Shown here piece by piece: positions 31,623-32,000 of a DNA stretch of 32,000 bases. The stretch is from the NCBI GenBank assembly GCA_045538835.1, contig JAZQEF010000018.1, positions 320,659 through 352,658 on the forward strand, read 5' to 3'. Origin of the DNA: Feifaniaceae bacterium. GTDB taxonomy: Bacteria; Bacillota; Clostridia; Oscillospirales; Feifaniaceae. Every line of letters begins with the position of its first letter. Positions within the stretch are counted from its first letter, which is position 1. Under the pieces are notes generated by a model. That model was not told the origin of the DNA. It worked only from the letters and a program-made list of their open reading frames with translations, and searched no databases. A program made the position numbers and the translations under genes.

Positions 31623-32000
31623 ATGAAGAGTTTTACTAAGCAGTTATATATTTTCTTAATAGGTGGCGGCGCCTATTTTATCATCGAACTTATATATCGC
31701 GGTTACTCGCATCCCTCTATGTTTGCAGTGGGCGGTCTGTGTGTTCTTTTTCTGTATAAAATAAACGGCTGGTTTTTTGAAAAACCGATACTGCTTCGCG
31801 CCCTGCTTGGAAGCATTGCCATATCAATGACTGAATTCATATCGGGTTGCATTCTCAACATATGGTTTGGTATGAATATCTGGGACTATTCATCTCTGCC
31901 TCTTAACATTTTTGGGCAGATTTCGCTTCTTTTTTCATTTTATTGGTTTCTTCTCTGTATACCCGCTATGGGGATACTCAGTAAAATAAAGACGGTATGA
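31623..32000 (+). CDS. Small polytopic membrane protein (possibly DUF1113/CmpB-like)
   Basis: MKSFTKQLYIFLIGGGAYFIIELIYRGYSHPSMFAVGGL.. with four hydrophobic segments. The stop is at 31998-32000. The family call is tentative. Confidence 0.4.
   Translation: MKSFTKQLYIFLIGGGAYFIIELIYRGYSHPSMFAVGGLCVLFLYKINGWFFEKPILLRALLGSIAISMTEFISGCILNIWFGMNIWDYSSLPLNIFGQISLLFSFYWFLLCIPAMGILSKIKTV

Overview
The window looks like chromosomal DNA from a low-GC, Gram-positive, spore-forming anaerobe (Clostridia-like). This rests on GGAGG-type ribosome binding sites (RBS), a long-form HPF, a yaaL-bofA pair, and the DUF2935/Mn-catalase and DegV/DUF1836 pairs. Taxonomy is inference only. Most of the window is ordinary: a glgB fragment, hpf, apgM-type phosphoglycerate mutase, tRNA-Arg, a DivIVA-like protein, several HAD hydrolases, murQ, an M20 amidohydrolase, an AKR/Fe-S oxidoreductase, a lipid kinase, DUF362, and an envelope-glycan cluster (VanZ, Wzy/O-antigen-ligase-like, GT4, HAD, CE4 deacetylase). 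The outstanding region is a 10,575-bp island (5186..15760) inserted in the 3' end of tRNA-Ser(GGA). It is bounded by a perfect 22-bp direct repeat. About 79% of the island is one uninterrupted 8,349-nt ORF (2,782 codons, minus strand). That ORF has the architecture of a mobile-element 'polyvalent' protein: a PBECR-like nuclease motif, two HExxH motifs, tandem modules joined by nucleotide-identical linkers, and a roughly 950-aa C-terminal region of unknown function. The giant ORF appears to have lost its 5' end. It abuts, head to head, a 5'-truncated large serine recombinase. Downstream of it lie an independently promoted 4-TM orphan gene and a start-less C-terminal gene fragment. No phage structural or conjugation genes accompany it. 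I therefore read the island as an immobilised remnant, or possibly a domesticated effector locus, of unknown function. Two further deletion scars lie nearby in the host backbone: an internally deleted DegV and an in-frame Fe-ADH/ALDH chimera. All homology statements come from my recognition of motifs in the translations; no database search was run.
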